A DNA stretch of 64,000 nt from Vicugna vicugna (lineage: Eukaryota). Positions 48,766-62,315 of the stretch are shown piece by piece. The stretch is taken from contig MU057887.1 of assembly GCA_013265495.1 (NCBI GenBank), positions 1,955,576-2,019,575 on the forward strand. The letters run 5' to 3'. The position numbers were made by a program, and so were the translations under genes. Under the pieces are notes generated by a model that saw only the letters and a program-made list of their open reading frames with translations, ran no database searches and was not told the DNA's origin. How positions within the stretch are numbered: the first letter of the stretch is position 1; each line of letters opens with the position of its first letter.

Positions 48766-49639
48766 ATTCCAGCAGCATCCTCCCCCCCGATTTCAGCCTT
48801 GGTGCTTTCTGCTGCTAACCATCTTTCCAGCCTGCCGGAAAATGCCTTGAAACATCACACATGTCCATTTACACTGGGTTCCTTTATTTTGAAGTCATTT
48901 ATCAAATCTCCTCACGATGACCACGCATCTCTTTAATGCACCTGACCCATTCATACACTTGTCTGCAAGCCCGCTTTGACGGTGCTCTCACGTGGAGGAC
49001 CCTCAGATGCACGCCGTTAAGTCCTTTCTTTCTGTTTTGTTTTGGGATGATCCCATTAACAGGCTGGAGTGCTGACATATGGATCTTATGTAAAAAAAGT
49101 GACTTTGGAACAGCTTTTCTGTGATTAGGGAAAGAAACAGCCTTAAGTAAGGGAGCTATTTGGAGCAGAGAGGCTTTTAATTAGGATGATATTCTGGTGC
49201 TGAGTGACAGGGTGGCTCTTGAGGAACAGAAGTCAGGACAGCTTTCCTGGGAAGGTCATTGGCGTACAGCAGCCCTCCAAGCTGAGTTTTCAGGGAGTCC
49301 AGCCCTCCACCCAAACCGGCAGAGGCAGGATCCCTTTCCCAGCTGAGCCCAGTCCAAAGTGGCGTGGACCACGAGCAGTGACCCTGGGAGCCAGGCCACC
49401 TGCCGTCAACACTGGGCCCCTCGTCCTCGCCAGCCGCAGCAGTAGCTGTGTAGGGTCAGAGTTGATGGATAACGCTCCCTGGCCCCGGACAGACTGCCCC
49501 AGGGAGCTGGCCGTCTCATGCCACTGAACCCAGTCTTGAATGAACGCAGGATACAGAAACTCAGATTTGCAGTGACGTCCGTGGAGCTGAGATCAACCCC
49601 CGAATGGCTAGCATAGTCAACCAGAAGCAAGTGACGGCA

Positions 49640-49790
49640 GGTGGAGAGGGGAGCGCTCCGGGGTGGAGCACGTGCTCAGCATGCACCGGGTCCTGGGTTC
49701 AGCCCCCAGTCCCTCCACTAAAAAATGAATAAATAAACCTGATTGCCTCCCCCGTCCAAAAAAAACTGATGAAATATAATTAAAAATAAA
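49640..49790 (+). mobile_element. tRNA-derived SINE, Vic-1-like, with TSD
   Basis: gtgctcagcatgcaccgggtcctgggttcagcccccag...aataaataaacc and an A-rich tail; TSD aagcaagtgacggca (49625-49639) / aaacaagtgatggca (49788-49802). Confidence 0.85.
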
Positions 49791-51714
49791 CAAGTGATGG
49801 CATTTGTATAAAGGCAGTAAGTACTCATTTAAAAACAATTCAAGCCGTGTATAAGGAAGAAAGCACCAAATGACCTAGAGCCCTCCTGCTCAGAGACGAC
49901 CCGCGGTCAGGCACCTTCCCGGGCGTCCGCCGCTCCGGACACACAGCCCCGCATGCAGCGGCACACGCCAAGGCGCCGTGTTGCACTTCTTGTGCTCGTG
50001 GACCCTGAGGGCCGGGAACTGGGACTGGGGTGTGTCCCTGCGGCTTCAGCTGGGAAGACCCATGGCTGGGGCGGCCGGGTCCGTGGAGGGGGCGCCCCCA
50101 AGAAGGGACCTGCAGAGTGAGTATTCCCAGAGAGCACAGCACAGCGGCGAGCCTCTTCTGGCCCACCCCCTGCCCCAGTCACACTGTGTCCTCCCCATCA
50201 CGAGTGTGTCCCTGAGGCCAAATCCAAGAGGAGGGGGATTAGGGCCACCTCCTGATGAGAGAACAAGGTTGCACTGCCCAGAGTGTCGGGAAGGAAGACA
50301 TCACCGTCACCATCTTTGAAAACTGCGCTCTCCCTCAGGTGACCGTGGTGTGGACACAGGGGAGTGGACGGCACGGGGTAGGGGAGGCGGCAGCCCCTGT
50401 AGCAGGTGCAGAATCTACAAAGGCAGGCTCGTAGGCGTACTGTTGTAAGAGCGGCATTATTTAATCATGCTTTCAAAACATACAAATTCATAAATTTAAC
50501 TCCATTTGCATTTAACAGACCAAAGAGAAACTGATACAAAACAGAAAGACTTTCTGAACCTTCAGATCATTTTTCAAACCGCAAGAGATTTTAGTTCCTA
50601 AATGATCTAAGAATAGGAAATAAATTATAAAAACCGTGAAAAGCCCGGAGTCATTATTTTTTAAGACACATTTCTCTTGCAATTTTAGACAGTGAGGACT
50701 CACGGCTGGAAAAAAATGCAACGATTCTAGTTTTTGCACTTCTGCTTGCTCTCCCCCACCCCCTCGCCCAAGTTTTGTCGCTCGTTTTATTTTTATTTTG
50801 TCAGAGTTTATGACGTCACCATCCTAGTGCAAACGTGCTCCTCGAGTTGCTTAAAAGCCTTAGTTACGTGTGGATGCGGACGCAGGCTCAGCTTTCGATG
50901 CCCGTGCACGTGCATCTGTCCGTGCTCATGGGTGGCTCCCCCTCCCCCCCTGCTCCCCGTGGCTCCCTCACTCCCAGTTTCTTTTCTTGCTTCATCTCCT
51001 GCCCGGATGCATTTGATGTGAGTGATTTTTATCAAGAAGTGCTCATAGGGGCTTTAGTTTCCAAAGTCTTTCATGTTGGAAAATGTCTGCAGGCTGCCTT
51101 TGACCTGCTCCTGCCTCCGCCGGGGCAAGCTGCCCCTGGGCTGCACACACGTCTGCCCTCAGGGTGTGGGGCGCCCCTTCTCCAGCCCTGGAAGTTACTT
51201 CCGTGCCCCTTGTGGCAGCCTGAGTCCCGGAGGGCCGCTCACCTGCCCTCTCTCCTGGCTGCACTTCGAGGGCGGGTGCTGCTTTCTAGCGGGGCTCTGA
51301 GGGCTGAGGACGCTGGCGGCGGTGGAGGCGTGGTGGGTGGACCAGAGTGTGGTCCGTGGGCCCCATCCCGAGGGTCTTGGCCCTGTCCCTCCTTGGCTCA
51401 GCGCCCTTCCTCCCTGAGCTGGCCCCTCTCTCCGCGAGCCGTGGTCTCTGCCTCTGTCCTCGGTGCTGCTTCTGGGGCTGGGCACCCGGAGGCCGGGGCT
51501 GGAAGTGTCTGGGGCCAGGAGCTGAGCTCTAGGCGTCGCACAGTCCGCCCCAGCTTGCAAAGGACAAATTCATATGAGACCAAATGGAATTTGGGACCAT
51601 GGCTCCCAGCTCTGCCTGGGGTGGGTGATGTGGGCCTCCTGGGGTCCTCAGGGCGGGGTGGAGGCTGAGGCAGGACAGGCTTAGAGGTTCACCATCCTCT
51701 CTACACCTTACCAT

Positions 51715-51875
51715 GCCTTTGGGGTGAGTTTAATACTTCATGCTTCTCTGTGCCTCCGTTTCCCCCTTTGGTAAGACGGGAACCTTCACAATCCCCACCT
51801 CGAAGGCTGGTGTGGGCATGGATGCGTGGTTTCGTGTGGAACAGTGGGCACAGAGGTGGGCCTGTGAAATGTGGG
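51715..51875 (+). mobile_element. MIR fragment
   Basis: ctctgtgcctccgtttccccctttggtaagacggg...ggcacagaggtgggcc. Confidence 0.65.
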
Positions 51876-52799
51876 CTCCCATCTCCAGCAGGCCAGCGTC
51901 ATGGTTACCGTGTCCGGGTTTGGAAGCACCATCACTCACATGGTTACCCTGGTGCCCGGCCCTGGGACCCTGCTGCCCCGGGGGGCCCTGTAGTGGTGGC
52001 TCCCTCCCTGCTTCTCCTTCATCCTCTTTCTGGTCTGAACTCTGAGTGGGCCTCTCAGTCCCTCCTCTCCTGGGGCCTCTCCCCCCAGCTGGACCCCAGT
52101 GTCAGCTGCGCTCCCACGCGGCTCCCAGCCCCGCGCCTCTCCCTGAGCTGCGCCCTGCTGGCACCTTTGGTCTTAAACACGCACCCAGGGCAGCTGCGCG
52201 TTGGCCTTTACTCACATGCTGCCCGTCGAGGCCCTCGCTTTTTCTACGGTGTTTGCAGTGTTAAATGATGCTCAGGGCCCAGGTCCCATTTTCCCCCCAT
52301 CAGCTGCCTTATTGCTGTTTTAAATGATTTTTTACTAAACGTCTCTAACCAGCTGCCCATAAAATAATGGAAGGGAAAGTATTCTCATTAAAGAGGAGTT
52401 TATCTGGGTTGTAAACGCGGGGCCACTTAGTGTATTCTAAATGCTGTGGCGGATGTGTCGACTGTTGCTGATGGAGAGAGTGTGTGGTCAGGGCTCCGTG
52501 ACACCAGGGCCACTGGAGGGGACAGTCCTGGGGCTGCCCCGCCTGGGCTCTAGTCTCTGTGCAGCTGCCTTCTGCCCACAGGCCTCACGACCACCTGCCC
52601 ACGGAAGCCCCTGCTGCGCACCGCCCCCCCAGCACCTGCCCTTCTGCTCACACCACCCCGCCCGCTGGGGATCCGACAGGAGGTGCCTGGAACCAGGGAG
52701 GCTCGACTTGAGGGCTGGGATGTTGGGGGCCGGGTGACGGGCCTCAGGGGCACCAGGCAGGCCGCCTGTTGTGGCGTCACTGTCAAGAGCACAGGCTCG

Positions 52800-52822
52800 C
52801 AGACAGACAGACAGACAGACAG
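52800..52822. repeat. (CAGA)n tetranucleotide repeat
   Basis: Direct read. Confidence 0.9.
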
Positions 52823-53762
52823 AGGTGAGTTGAAGCGTGTGTGCTGTGTCTCGAGCTGCGGCCCCCGGGGAGACACTAACCTCTGTAAATCGTATTAAAC
52901 TTCCTTTGTGCAAAGGAGGGAATCACCGCTTCCGTACCAGGGTCTGCAAAGTACCCCAGTCAGGCCTCGGAACATGGGGCTTCTGCCCCCAACCCCCCAC
53001 AGCCCGTTCTGCCTGTGTCTGCCCCACCCACACCCCACCAGCCGGCACACACAGGCACGGGCTGTGCTCCCGGCCAGGTCTGATGTTGGCTTCTGGAATG
53101 TTCTCCATGTGCAGGACACAGCGCCTGTCAGCAAGGAGCTCACGGCCTCCGGGGGTTGGTGCACCCCAGGGGGAGCGGGGCCAGGGTTCACGGGGGGAGC
53201 GGGGCGCGGGCAGCTGGTAAGGTGAGCATGTGTTGTCTGTCAGGTCCTTGCCGAGCAGGGCTGAGCCCATGGAGGGGGCCACAGAGCATGTCCCTGTGAC
53301 ACCCCCGGGGGGGGGCAGGGATCTTCTGGTTAAGGGTTTCCAACCTGGAGCACTGGGGGGGGGTCCCTCAGTGGCATCAGTTGGGAAGCCATCCATCCAT
53401 TCATTCAACACTCAGGGACTCCCTCCTGGACCAGCCCGACTTCCACACTCAGAGGCCACAAGAGAAGACAGAAGGGGATGCTGCCTGGAGTCGGGGGCCT
53501 CAGGGCGCCCCGGCGAAGTCCCAGCTGCCTGTGACTCCAGCGCCCAGGGGCGGTCCCGCTTGGTCCTGGTTTCCCTCCGGCTGGGTGCCCAGGGCTTGGA
53601 CGTGGCCTGCTTGCCTTTGCTCACAGTCAGAGCTGCCACAGCTCTCAGCACGTGAACTTGAGATTCCTGTGGGTGTCCACTCCCTCCTTCCTGCCTGCGG
53701 CGCCTCCAATCAGGAGTGGGTTTCGTGTGGCTGTCGGCAGATCTTGCCTTGAGAAGTCTCAG

Positions 53763-54240
53763 TGTGAGACAGGCGGGACCTGGGGCCTGGGGCCTGGGGC
53801 CCTTTACCACAGAGCTTACAGGGGACAAACGTCTCCTCCGGCAGCAGAACAGAAAGAAACAAAAGGGACGGAAAATAACTGCATGTGTGAGCAGCTGGGG
53901 TGAGTTATGCACAAGATACAAAAAGACCAAAAACCCAGCCGCCACTTCTGAGATGCCGGGAGCAAAAGCAGGTCCCACACGTGACCCCTGCACGTGGCCC
54001 CTCCACGGGGCAGGCAGACCTCCAGAGCCACCCCTCACTCGACCCCTGGATCTGTCCCCACCCTCACCCCATTTAAGGGGCCGGCTCACTGCTCCCTGGG
54101 GTGCGAGCAAGGGAACCTGTGACTCAGTTTTGCTTCCTCCTGCTGCAGCACGAGTCCCGGGAAAGCCTTGCCTGACTTCCTCATCTGGCCTCTGATCAAT
54201 TTCTATTGATTAAGGAGGCCAAGGACCTGGTTTGGTGACA
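53763..54240 (+). mobile_element. ERV1-like solo LTR (artiodactyl type)
   Basis: TG...CA termini; acaagatacaaaaagaccaaaaaccc, TATA-like ccatttaagg, and aaagccttgcctga...tcaatttctattgattaaggaggccaaggac. Confidence 0.7.
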
Positions 54241-54639
54241 CTAACGCCGTCCCACTGAGGGCTAGGGCTTCCACATGGGGGTTGGGGAGGACACAAGCGC
54301 GAGCCCACAACCTCTCCATCTGGCCACTCTTCCATGTGGGCGAGGACAGGCAGGAACCTCCTCTAGACAAGGTCAGCTCTGCGCCTCGGTCCCTAATGGC
54401 CGCAGGCGGTGCTTAGCGGCCCTGACGCAGGTGGGGCGGCCCTCAGATCTCCCAGGACCACGTCACGGGGTGGGCTAACGCCCTGGCTCCTGCCCCCCCT
54501 CTTAACCCCGCCGCACGTTTTGCGATCCCAGGGGAGGGCTGCTGGTCATCCTGGAAGCCCTGAGCTCTGGAAGCTTCTCCCTCGTTCTGGATGAACCCAG
54601 CCAATTCTGGCCTTTCCTTTTGCAAAAGAAAGAAAATAT

Positions 54640-54745
54640 TAACTCTGAGTTTCTCATCTATCGAATCAGGATCAGAATATCTGACCCACAGCACGGCTGT
54701 GAGGGTTAAGCTAGGGCAGCCCCCGTGAGGCTGCGGCACGCACTT
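54640..54745 (+). mobile_element. MIR fragment
   Basis: ctgagtttctcatctatcgaat...ggctgtgagggttaag. Confidence 0.55.
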
Positions 54746-55329
54746 GACCAGCATCGCCACCTTGGCTGGCGCTGTCACTGTGCCACCGGCATTGCCTCTG
54801 GGTTTTTATGACTTACAGTCAACATGGCAAACTGAACTGATACAGGATGCCTCGCCTGCTTCAAACATGCAGCAATGACGGATAGAGTATAAGAGGAAAC
54901 TGTAAATGCATGCGGACCTTGGAAGCAAGGGACATCCTCGGGGACCAGGAGTAGGCGGGGTTCGGGACTAGCGTAGGGGTGCGGGTTTCAGGGCAGAGTC
55001 GGGAGTAGGGGTGGGGAGGGCTGGACTGGGCCCCCTTCACAAAGCCAGGGTCTGACGAAGGCTGTCGCTTCTGGGAATGAGACAACCGAGTGAGTACCCG
55101 CTCTGAGCTGTGGGTTCCTGTTCTGTGAGGCCAACCCTGGATGCATAGAGTTCTTATTTATACCACACAGGCCTTGAGGTGAGAGGTCAGGGCTGGGTCT
55201 GGGAAAAATGCATCTGGAATGGGTCGAAGCCACTTGTTCCAAAGAACACAAGCCCCAGACAGCTGCACAGCGGTGCTCCCACCACCTAGGGTGCTCAGGA
55301 TGCCCCCGGACAACAATTCTCACGCAAGA

Positions 55330-55560
55330 CGCACTCAGAGAGAAGAGTACAGAGACCACACAGCACACACTCAAATTCGCGTCCCAGAACTACAGATGAC
55401 GGAACAGTCTGAGATTTAAAAATAAACATGCTTAAGGTTTTCAGCAAGATGAAGGAACGGACGGCATAGGCAGAATTAGGGCATGGGGAAGAATTAAACA
55501 GGTGTTTAAAAAGAGAGGAATCGCAGGGAAGTTCTAAGGATGGAAAAACGGGATCCTGGG
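55330..55560 (+). mobile_element. Old L1 ORF1 fragment
   Basis: cccagaactacagatgacggaacagtctgagatttaaaaataaacatgcttaag. Confidence 0.45.
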
Positions 55561-55961
55561 AAGGAGAAAGAGCTCTGAAGGCCTCTAGTCCCACTCCTAA
55601 GGCCGTTGTCTTCAGCATATAGAACGTGAGCTGGTTCCAGCCTTTGGAAATAGGATAAGAAAGCAAAAGATATGGCCAAGCTGCCATCTGCCATCTCCAT
55701 TGCGGGTTTACAATCTCCCGAGGGAGACGGGCCTTGGGAAACAAAAATAACGTGGAGCGTTTATTCATAGATCCCTCTGTCCAGGAACGGAGCCGAGCCT
55801 TCCACGGGCACCCGCCCGGTTAATTCTGACAGCCCTTCCAGGGAGTCGGCTATCGGCCCCGCTACAGTGAGGAGGCTGAGACCTGGGGAGGCAGGGGACT
55901 GTGCTGTCCCAGCCCTTGGACTGAGCCTGGGTCTGAGGACTGCACGGCCACCTTGCGTCGT

Positions 55962-56635
55962 TGTCACCCAAGACAATGTGTCAGCTGCTAGTTGCCCAAG
56001 AATCCAGCGCTGAGAGACAAGTGTTGGGTAAAAGGAAAGATACGTTGACCGAGGAAGCAGCAATCCTGGGGAGAAGGTGGGCTCGTGCCCCAGAGAACCA
56101 ACACCCCGTTGCTGCTTAGGAGGCAAGAGTTTTCAAGGGGGAGTCTCGGGGTGCACAGGTGGAGGGTGGGGCCACGCGCAGAACAGCACAGTCCGCCCTG
56201 ACACCCGTCTCAGTCAGTGATGGTCTGAGCAGCGTCGTCTTGACTGCTTTACGTGCAGTTAGTCTTCAGCTCCAGGCTCGGTTTGCTCCCGTTTCCTTGA
56301 GCCAGTTCTCGGAACTGGGGCCACTTCCGTCATGGCGGCAGCCTGGTCATCCTGTAGGTAACTTCCTCCACCTGGGGGGTTCCTGCAAAGCAGCTCAAAG
56401 GACGGGGCTCGGAATATGACCTCTAGCCCTGGGGGAGGAGCTAGAGGCCCTTGACTTTGTTTAATGACTCAACTGTTATTAGTTTGTCTTGCTTGACTGT
56501 TTTCCTATCTTTCTGCACTTTCTCACTTCTCTGATTAAATTTATTCTTTGGCTGAAGTTTCTCTGCAGACGAGAGGCAGGCAGAGGACATGGGGGTCCTG
56601 TGCGGGGACACCCCGTAGGGCCCTGCTCCGGGACA
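55962..56635 (-). mobile_element. ERV1-like solo LTR (artiodactyl type)
   Basis: tgtcacc...gggaca termini; cacttctctgattaaatttattctttggct, ggcccttgactttgtttaatg. Confidence 0.7.
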
Positions 56636-57637
56636 CAGTCACCGCACGGTCAGTTCTGCAGCAGGACGTGCCGTGGAGGAAGAAAGGCACCAGCACGCGC
56701 ACGGCTTGGCTCCGACCGTGACTGCGTCTCCCATCCAAAGCGGGGTCACTTTGCCAAAGGCGTAGAGATCAGCTTCCGCAATGATTAGTTTGGCAACATT
56801 CAATGTTTCAGGAAGGCTCTCTGGGGGCATACATTTTATCCTCCCAACCCTCTGACCGCAGCCCTGGCCTTGACCGTGTCCATTATGGGAGCTCTCCTGC
56901 CTCCAGGCCTCCTGTCTGGGTGGCATGAATGGCTTTATGTGAAAAGCTTGCATTCCTAAGGGCACATTCCAGGGCAAAAATTCAAGTCTGGGAGCAGCTC
57001 CTGGTGGTCACCTGGGGCTCCAGGGCCTCACCGACTTATTTGCCACCAGGACCCAGTGAGATGCGCGGGAGGAGGCATCCATTATGCAGATTGATCAGCC
57101 TTCAGGGACTGGATCAGGAATGCACGGAGCATAACAATTGATGGAGTTAATTGTAATTAATGACTAAGAAGCCCTTTAAGGATTCAAAATTAATTCAGAA
57201 AGCCACGTATAAGGATGCAAAACAGGTCCCGCCACCTTTAAAGGCTTCACATTTAATACATATTTATCAGAAGCACTTTTTTTTCAGACATGCTTTTGGA
57301 AGAATACGTGAAAAAAATGTTCTTAAAATATCTCAAAGTACAACCCCCTTCTGACCAAAGGGAGAAAAAAGATAGGATTTGTTGATGCATATGAATGTGT
57401 TGTAAAGGATGCTGAAGTTTAAGTCAGCTGGGAATTCGGCCATACATCATTAGGAAAATGCTTTATGTTTGGTGATTTCGGGTAAAGAAGTGGTAGGACC
57501 CCATCCTAGGCATGCTGGGCATCTTATTTCAAAGAGGAAAGAGAAAATTTGGAGTATGAGGAAGGTAGGATTGTGGGCACCCTCAAATGCATTTCCAGCA
57601 AGAAGTGTTTTAAAAATCTAGGATGTGAAAAAAAAGA

Positions 57638-58135
57638 TCATGGTGAATTAAAGATGGCTGCAGAATCTTTTTTGGTCATCCCATTTAGAGTCATGATCTA
57701 TGCCCTCGCCCCTTGAACCTGGACAGGCTTGGTGACACCCGACAGAGTATGGCAGAAATGACGTGTCAGTGTTCGGGCACAGCCCTTAAGAGGCTGGTCA
57801 CTTTCACTGCTCTTGAAATACTGGTCTTTGGCACCAAGCTGCCATGTTGTGGGGAAGCCCAGTTGCCCACGTGGAGAGGCACCAAGGCCCCCGGCAGACA
57901 GCACTCCAGCCAAGCTCCAGCATCGTGCCAGCACAGCCTACTGGCCAGGTGCATGAGCCATATTGGACATGAGTCCTCCAGCTTCTATCCAGCTGTCCTA
58001 GGTGACCCCACCCAACAAAGACGCGCCATCGCTGCTGGCCCAGAGTGTGGATATGGAAGCAAGGAAAAAGTGTGTTGATGGCTCAAACCACTAAGATTTT
58101 TTGGTGTTTTGTTGTGCAGCAATAGATACCAACAA
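57638..58135 (+). mobile_element. MLT1G/H-like LTR
   Basis: aattaaagatggctgca...ctgccatgttgtggggaagccc...aaccactaag...gcagcaatagatac. Confidence 0.8.
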
Positions 58136-58261
58136 ATCAGAAATACAGTGAAATGAGTACATGGGAGGCTTTCCCCAAACAGATATAAATGTGTTAAAAT
58201 GTAAGTAAATATATATTTATTTATTTGTTTGTTTATTTGTTAAAAAATTGATTTTAAAAAT

Positions 58262-58420
58262 AATTTTTACTGAATTGTAGTTGATTTACAGTGTTAGTTT
58301 CAGGGGTACAGCAAAGTGATTCAGTTACACATATACATACACATATATATGTTCTTTTCAGATTCTTTTCCATTATATGTTATTACAAGAAATTGAATAT
58401 AGTTCTCTGGGCTCTACACT
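58262..58420 (-). mobile_element. Artiodactyl-type L1 3' end
   Basis: tagttgatttacagtgttagtttcaggggtacagcaaagtgattcag. Confidence 0.8.
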
Positions 58421-58747
58421 TGACCTACTCAGAAATCTTAAGGGCCCTTTCAGGATAATATCCAAACACCTTTCAATGACCTTTGGGGCCTCTGCACAGC
58501 TTGTTCCCAGCCTCTCTGTCCAGCATCACAGCTCTGCAAAAATGGCAGAGGTTTAGGGGCTCATTACCACGCCCCAGGCATTGTGCAGAACACTCGTGGT
58601 CTCATTTATTCCCCACGACAGACTTAGAAGGTATGATGATGGTGAGTTTAATTAACTTCGAAATAATATTTGTTGGAAGAAAACACATCTCTCTCAGGAC
58701 ACATAGCTAGCAATTCAAAGAGACCAGATGCAAAACCCAGGCAGTCA

Positions 58748-59262
58748 TATTTTTTCCCATTATGGTTTATTACAGGATATTGAATGTACTTCCCTGTGCT
58801 ATATGGTAGCAATTTGTTGTTTATCTATTTTATATACAGTAGTTTGTATCTGTTAATCCCAAACTTCTAAATGATTCCTCCCCTACCCATTTTTCTCTTG
58901 CATAACCATAAGTTTGTTTTCTATGTTTGTGAATCTGTTTCTGTTTTTATAAATAAGTTCACTTGTATCATTTTTTAAAGATTCCACATATAAGTGATAT
59001 CATATGATATTTTTCTTTCTCTGTCTAGCTTACTTCACTTAATATGATCATCTCTAGGTCCATCCATATTGCTGCACATGGCATTATTTCATTCTTTTTT
59101 ATGCCTGAGTAGTATGCCATTGTATATATGTACCACGTCTTCTTTATCCAGTCATCTGTTGATGGACATTTCGGTTGCTTCCATCTCTTGGCTATTGTAA
59201 ATAGTGCTGCTATGAACATTGAGGTTCATATATCTTTTCAAATTAGGGTTTTCTTTGGATCT
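58748..59262 (-). mobile_element. Artiodactyl-type L1 3' region
   Basis: ORF 59025-59219(-) MFIAALFTIAKRWKQPKCPSTDDWIKKTWYIYTM is the L1 ORF2 C-terminus. Confidence 0.9.
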
Positions 59263-59419
59263 ATGCTGGGCCATCACATTTTAATGCACATGCTCTTCCC
59301 TCTTGACCTTCTGTGACTGACTCCTGCCACCCCTATCCTGCTGGCCATGATCTTATCTTCTCTAAATGCTGACTTTTTGTACTTTGTGCAATGGGCAATG
59401 TGCTCTCAAGCTTCCCCAC

Positions 59420-61000
59420 GTCTTGCTCCCGATTCTAACCCTTCTGATATATCTTCTTCCATCCTTCCTGCTCCTTGAGGTTTTGCAAGTTTTCTTGTAA
59501 ACAGCATATAGAGATAGATCTTTTAAAAATCCAGTTCAGTCATCTTTGTCTTTTAACTGATGAATCTGGACTGTTTACATTTATTGTAATTGGCCATAAA
59601 TCTTGATTCATTTCTATCATCTTTGTCTATTTCTCTTCCTTCTTCTGTTTCCTTTCTTACCATTTCTTCCTATGTATTATGGAATTTGTTTTGTTCATTC
59701 CATTTTTCCTCAGTGCGTTTTAGGAGGCTTTTGCACTTTTATTTATTTTATTTCAGTCGTTCCCCAAGAAGCCTTTACTTTTATACCCAACAAAGTAAAA
59801 AGTAGGTCATGAATCTGCCCTTTCCCCCAACAACTCAAGGGTCTCAGAATACTTTACCTTCCAGCATTCCCTTCTCTACTTAGGTGTGATTTTGTCCAAA
59901 TGTTAAAAATTTGTATAATTTTAAGCCCCCAAATTGGGTCATTTTGGTGCTGTTTTTGGTGCTTTTGTTGTTGTTTAGAGTTTATGTAGCTTAACATTGT
60001 GTAGATTTATTTGCCCATTTATCCATCTCTTTTCCCACCATTCCCTCTGGGATTCCCAAGTTATGGTTTTACATGACACTGATGGTTGTCCATCAAGGTA
60101 ATTGATGGCACATCATCTTAAGTTACTTTACATCTGAAAAATGTCTTCATTTTCAATGGTTGTTAAATGATCGTTTTTCTGAGCATTCTGTTCTCTCTCT
60201 GAAACACGCTGAAGGTATAACTGCACTTTTTGGCATCCTCAGCTGCTGGTGAGAAATCAACCCTCACTCTGACTGTTGGTACTTTGTGGGTGGTATTTGT
60301 TTTCTTCTTGCTTCTTTGAATATTTTTGTCTCTTTGATATTCTCCTTGCTTGTCCTGTGGTTTGCTGTGATGTATTTGTGTGTGGACTTCTCTTTAGAAA
60401 TGTATTCTTGTTGTGTTTGGTTAGACTGCCCAAATCTGCCTTTCTTCTGTTTCTGAAAACTCCTACCCAGCACCTAATGAGTCTGGCCTCTCCCCCTCCT
60501 CCATATTCGCACCTTGTAGAACTCTGATTGCATCCCCTCCCCGCTTTGTCCCCCACTAACCAGCTTTCACCTCCATCACATCTTTTTGTGCTGTGCTACA
60601 GCTTTCCTTCCAGTTTAATAATTGTTCTGTCAGCTGTGTATAATCTGCTATAACCTGTCTGTTGCGTGTTTTATTCCAATTATTATCTTTTATTTTTTCA
60701 ACTTCTAGAACTTCTAGTTACTTTTCAAATCTGCACCCTTCTTTTTCAGAGTCTTTTGTACTTTCTGCATATTTAAAGTGTTATTTCTTGAAGCATATTT
60801 CACATGCTTATTCTTTAGTCTGGCTTTTACAGACGCAATAGCTGGAGTCTTTGTGCTGCGATTCTGCTGCCTCCTGCCCCTGCTGGCTCTCATGCATGCA
60901 GCCTGCCTTTTTGTTTATTCTGTGATTTTTGACCAAGGCTCATTTTCCTTATAACTTTACAAGTGAGAATTGTGTGAGGCCTGCGTTGAAGGTGTGTTCT
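59420..61000 (-). mobile_element. Very old L1 (ORF1/ORF2-start) remnants
   Basis: tttcttgtaaacagcatata, catctgaaaaatgtcttcattttc, gctgctggtgagaaatc. Confidence 0.55.
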
Positions 61001-61929
61001 GTATTTGATTCTGTACGGGCTTTGGGTTGCACAGCTCAGGATAGGACAACTTTAAAATAATCTCTCACTTGAGTTTTTTTTTTTTTTCCTTTTTAACACA
61101 GTTGGTATGAGTTGAGGCTGCAAAACCACGTGGGGACTTGCTTGGGGTTCCAAAGAATCAGGGGAGATTTTGATTTTCCATCCACTTAACACCAAATTGG
61201 AACCAAAGTAGATTCTTTGTTGTCTTTACCTGAGGTCTTTCCAGGTCAGTGTTATATGAAGGCGCAGCCCTTGGAGGACCAGCTTCTTGTAGGGTACTCT
61301 CGACTCTGTGCTTTAAGAGCTGTCCATGCGGGAAGCACCTCCAGTTCACTTCTCATTACTGTGTGTGGTTTTGTAAGAAGCAGTTACCTCCTGCTGTTCA
61401 TCCATCCCTGCAGATGGGCACTTGGGGGAGAGTAAAAGGGTCAGACTGGCACTTTAAAGCTGTTCTTTTCAGGCAGGGTGGAAATTGGTTTTGGTGGGAT
61501 GGGACTTAGAATAGTGACACTGGACTCAGACTCATTTGATTTGGTTTTAATGGCTAGCTGAGCATCTGGGGCAGCTGGATGAGTGAGCCGCTCGGAGGGG
61601 GGTCTGTCCTGCATCTCAGTGCTGGTGGGCCTCGTTGGCTTCTCTCCTGTGGCACCAGGCACTCTCCGCTTCAGGCTGGAGCTGTAGCATCTGTCCTAGG
61701 GGGTCTCCACCATGGAGGAAGGTACCACTCCTCCATGCTTCTCCACTTGCATTTACTGACTTACATGGGACCTGAAGACACTCTGAGCAGGAGCAGAAGT
61801 CACTCGTGTCTATGTGGGCATAGAGAGCTGGGTCTGCTGGACTAATGGATCCAGCTGGGACCCTTTGGGTGGGAGGGTGAGGATGCGCAGAGTCAGAAGT
61901 CAGGTTGTGAGGAGGGTGGGTGGAGCCCG

Positions 61930-62315
61930 CCTTAGACAGCTTTTGCTAAATTGTGCCATGGCAACACACAACTGTCGCATCCAGTGTCTCACCACAAAAA
62001 GTCTTACTTCATATTATATGTCGGGTGTGACCTGCCTGTGGCTCTGCTCCTTGTATCTTCTCTCTTCTGGGAACCAGGTAGAGGGAGGAGTTATTTGTTC
62101 GGGTTTTCCATTCTTAAAGCAGAGGGAAAAGTGCGAAGGGCTGATGGAAACATGCAGTGTCCTTAAAGCTCTCTGCTCAAGTTTAATGGGTAAAGCAAGT
62201 GACGTGGCCCACAGGGTGGGGGGTGGAATACATCCCCCCTCCCCTGGGGAGACACCACAGGTCACATGGTGACAGGGATAACTGTGACAACTTGGAAAAC
62301 ATGACTTGATCTACA
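61930..62315 (-). mobile_element. MLT1I-like LTR
   Basis: ttagacagcttttgcta...tgtggctctgctcc...cttaaagctctctgctca...aaagcaagtgacgtggcc. Confidence 0.7.

Noticed and set aside
50835..51668. 277-aa plus-strand ORF
   Set aside because: No recognisable homology; likely GC-shifted old repeat or non-coding sequence
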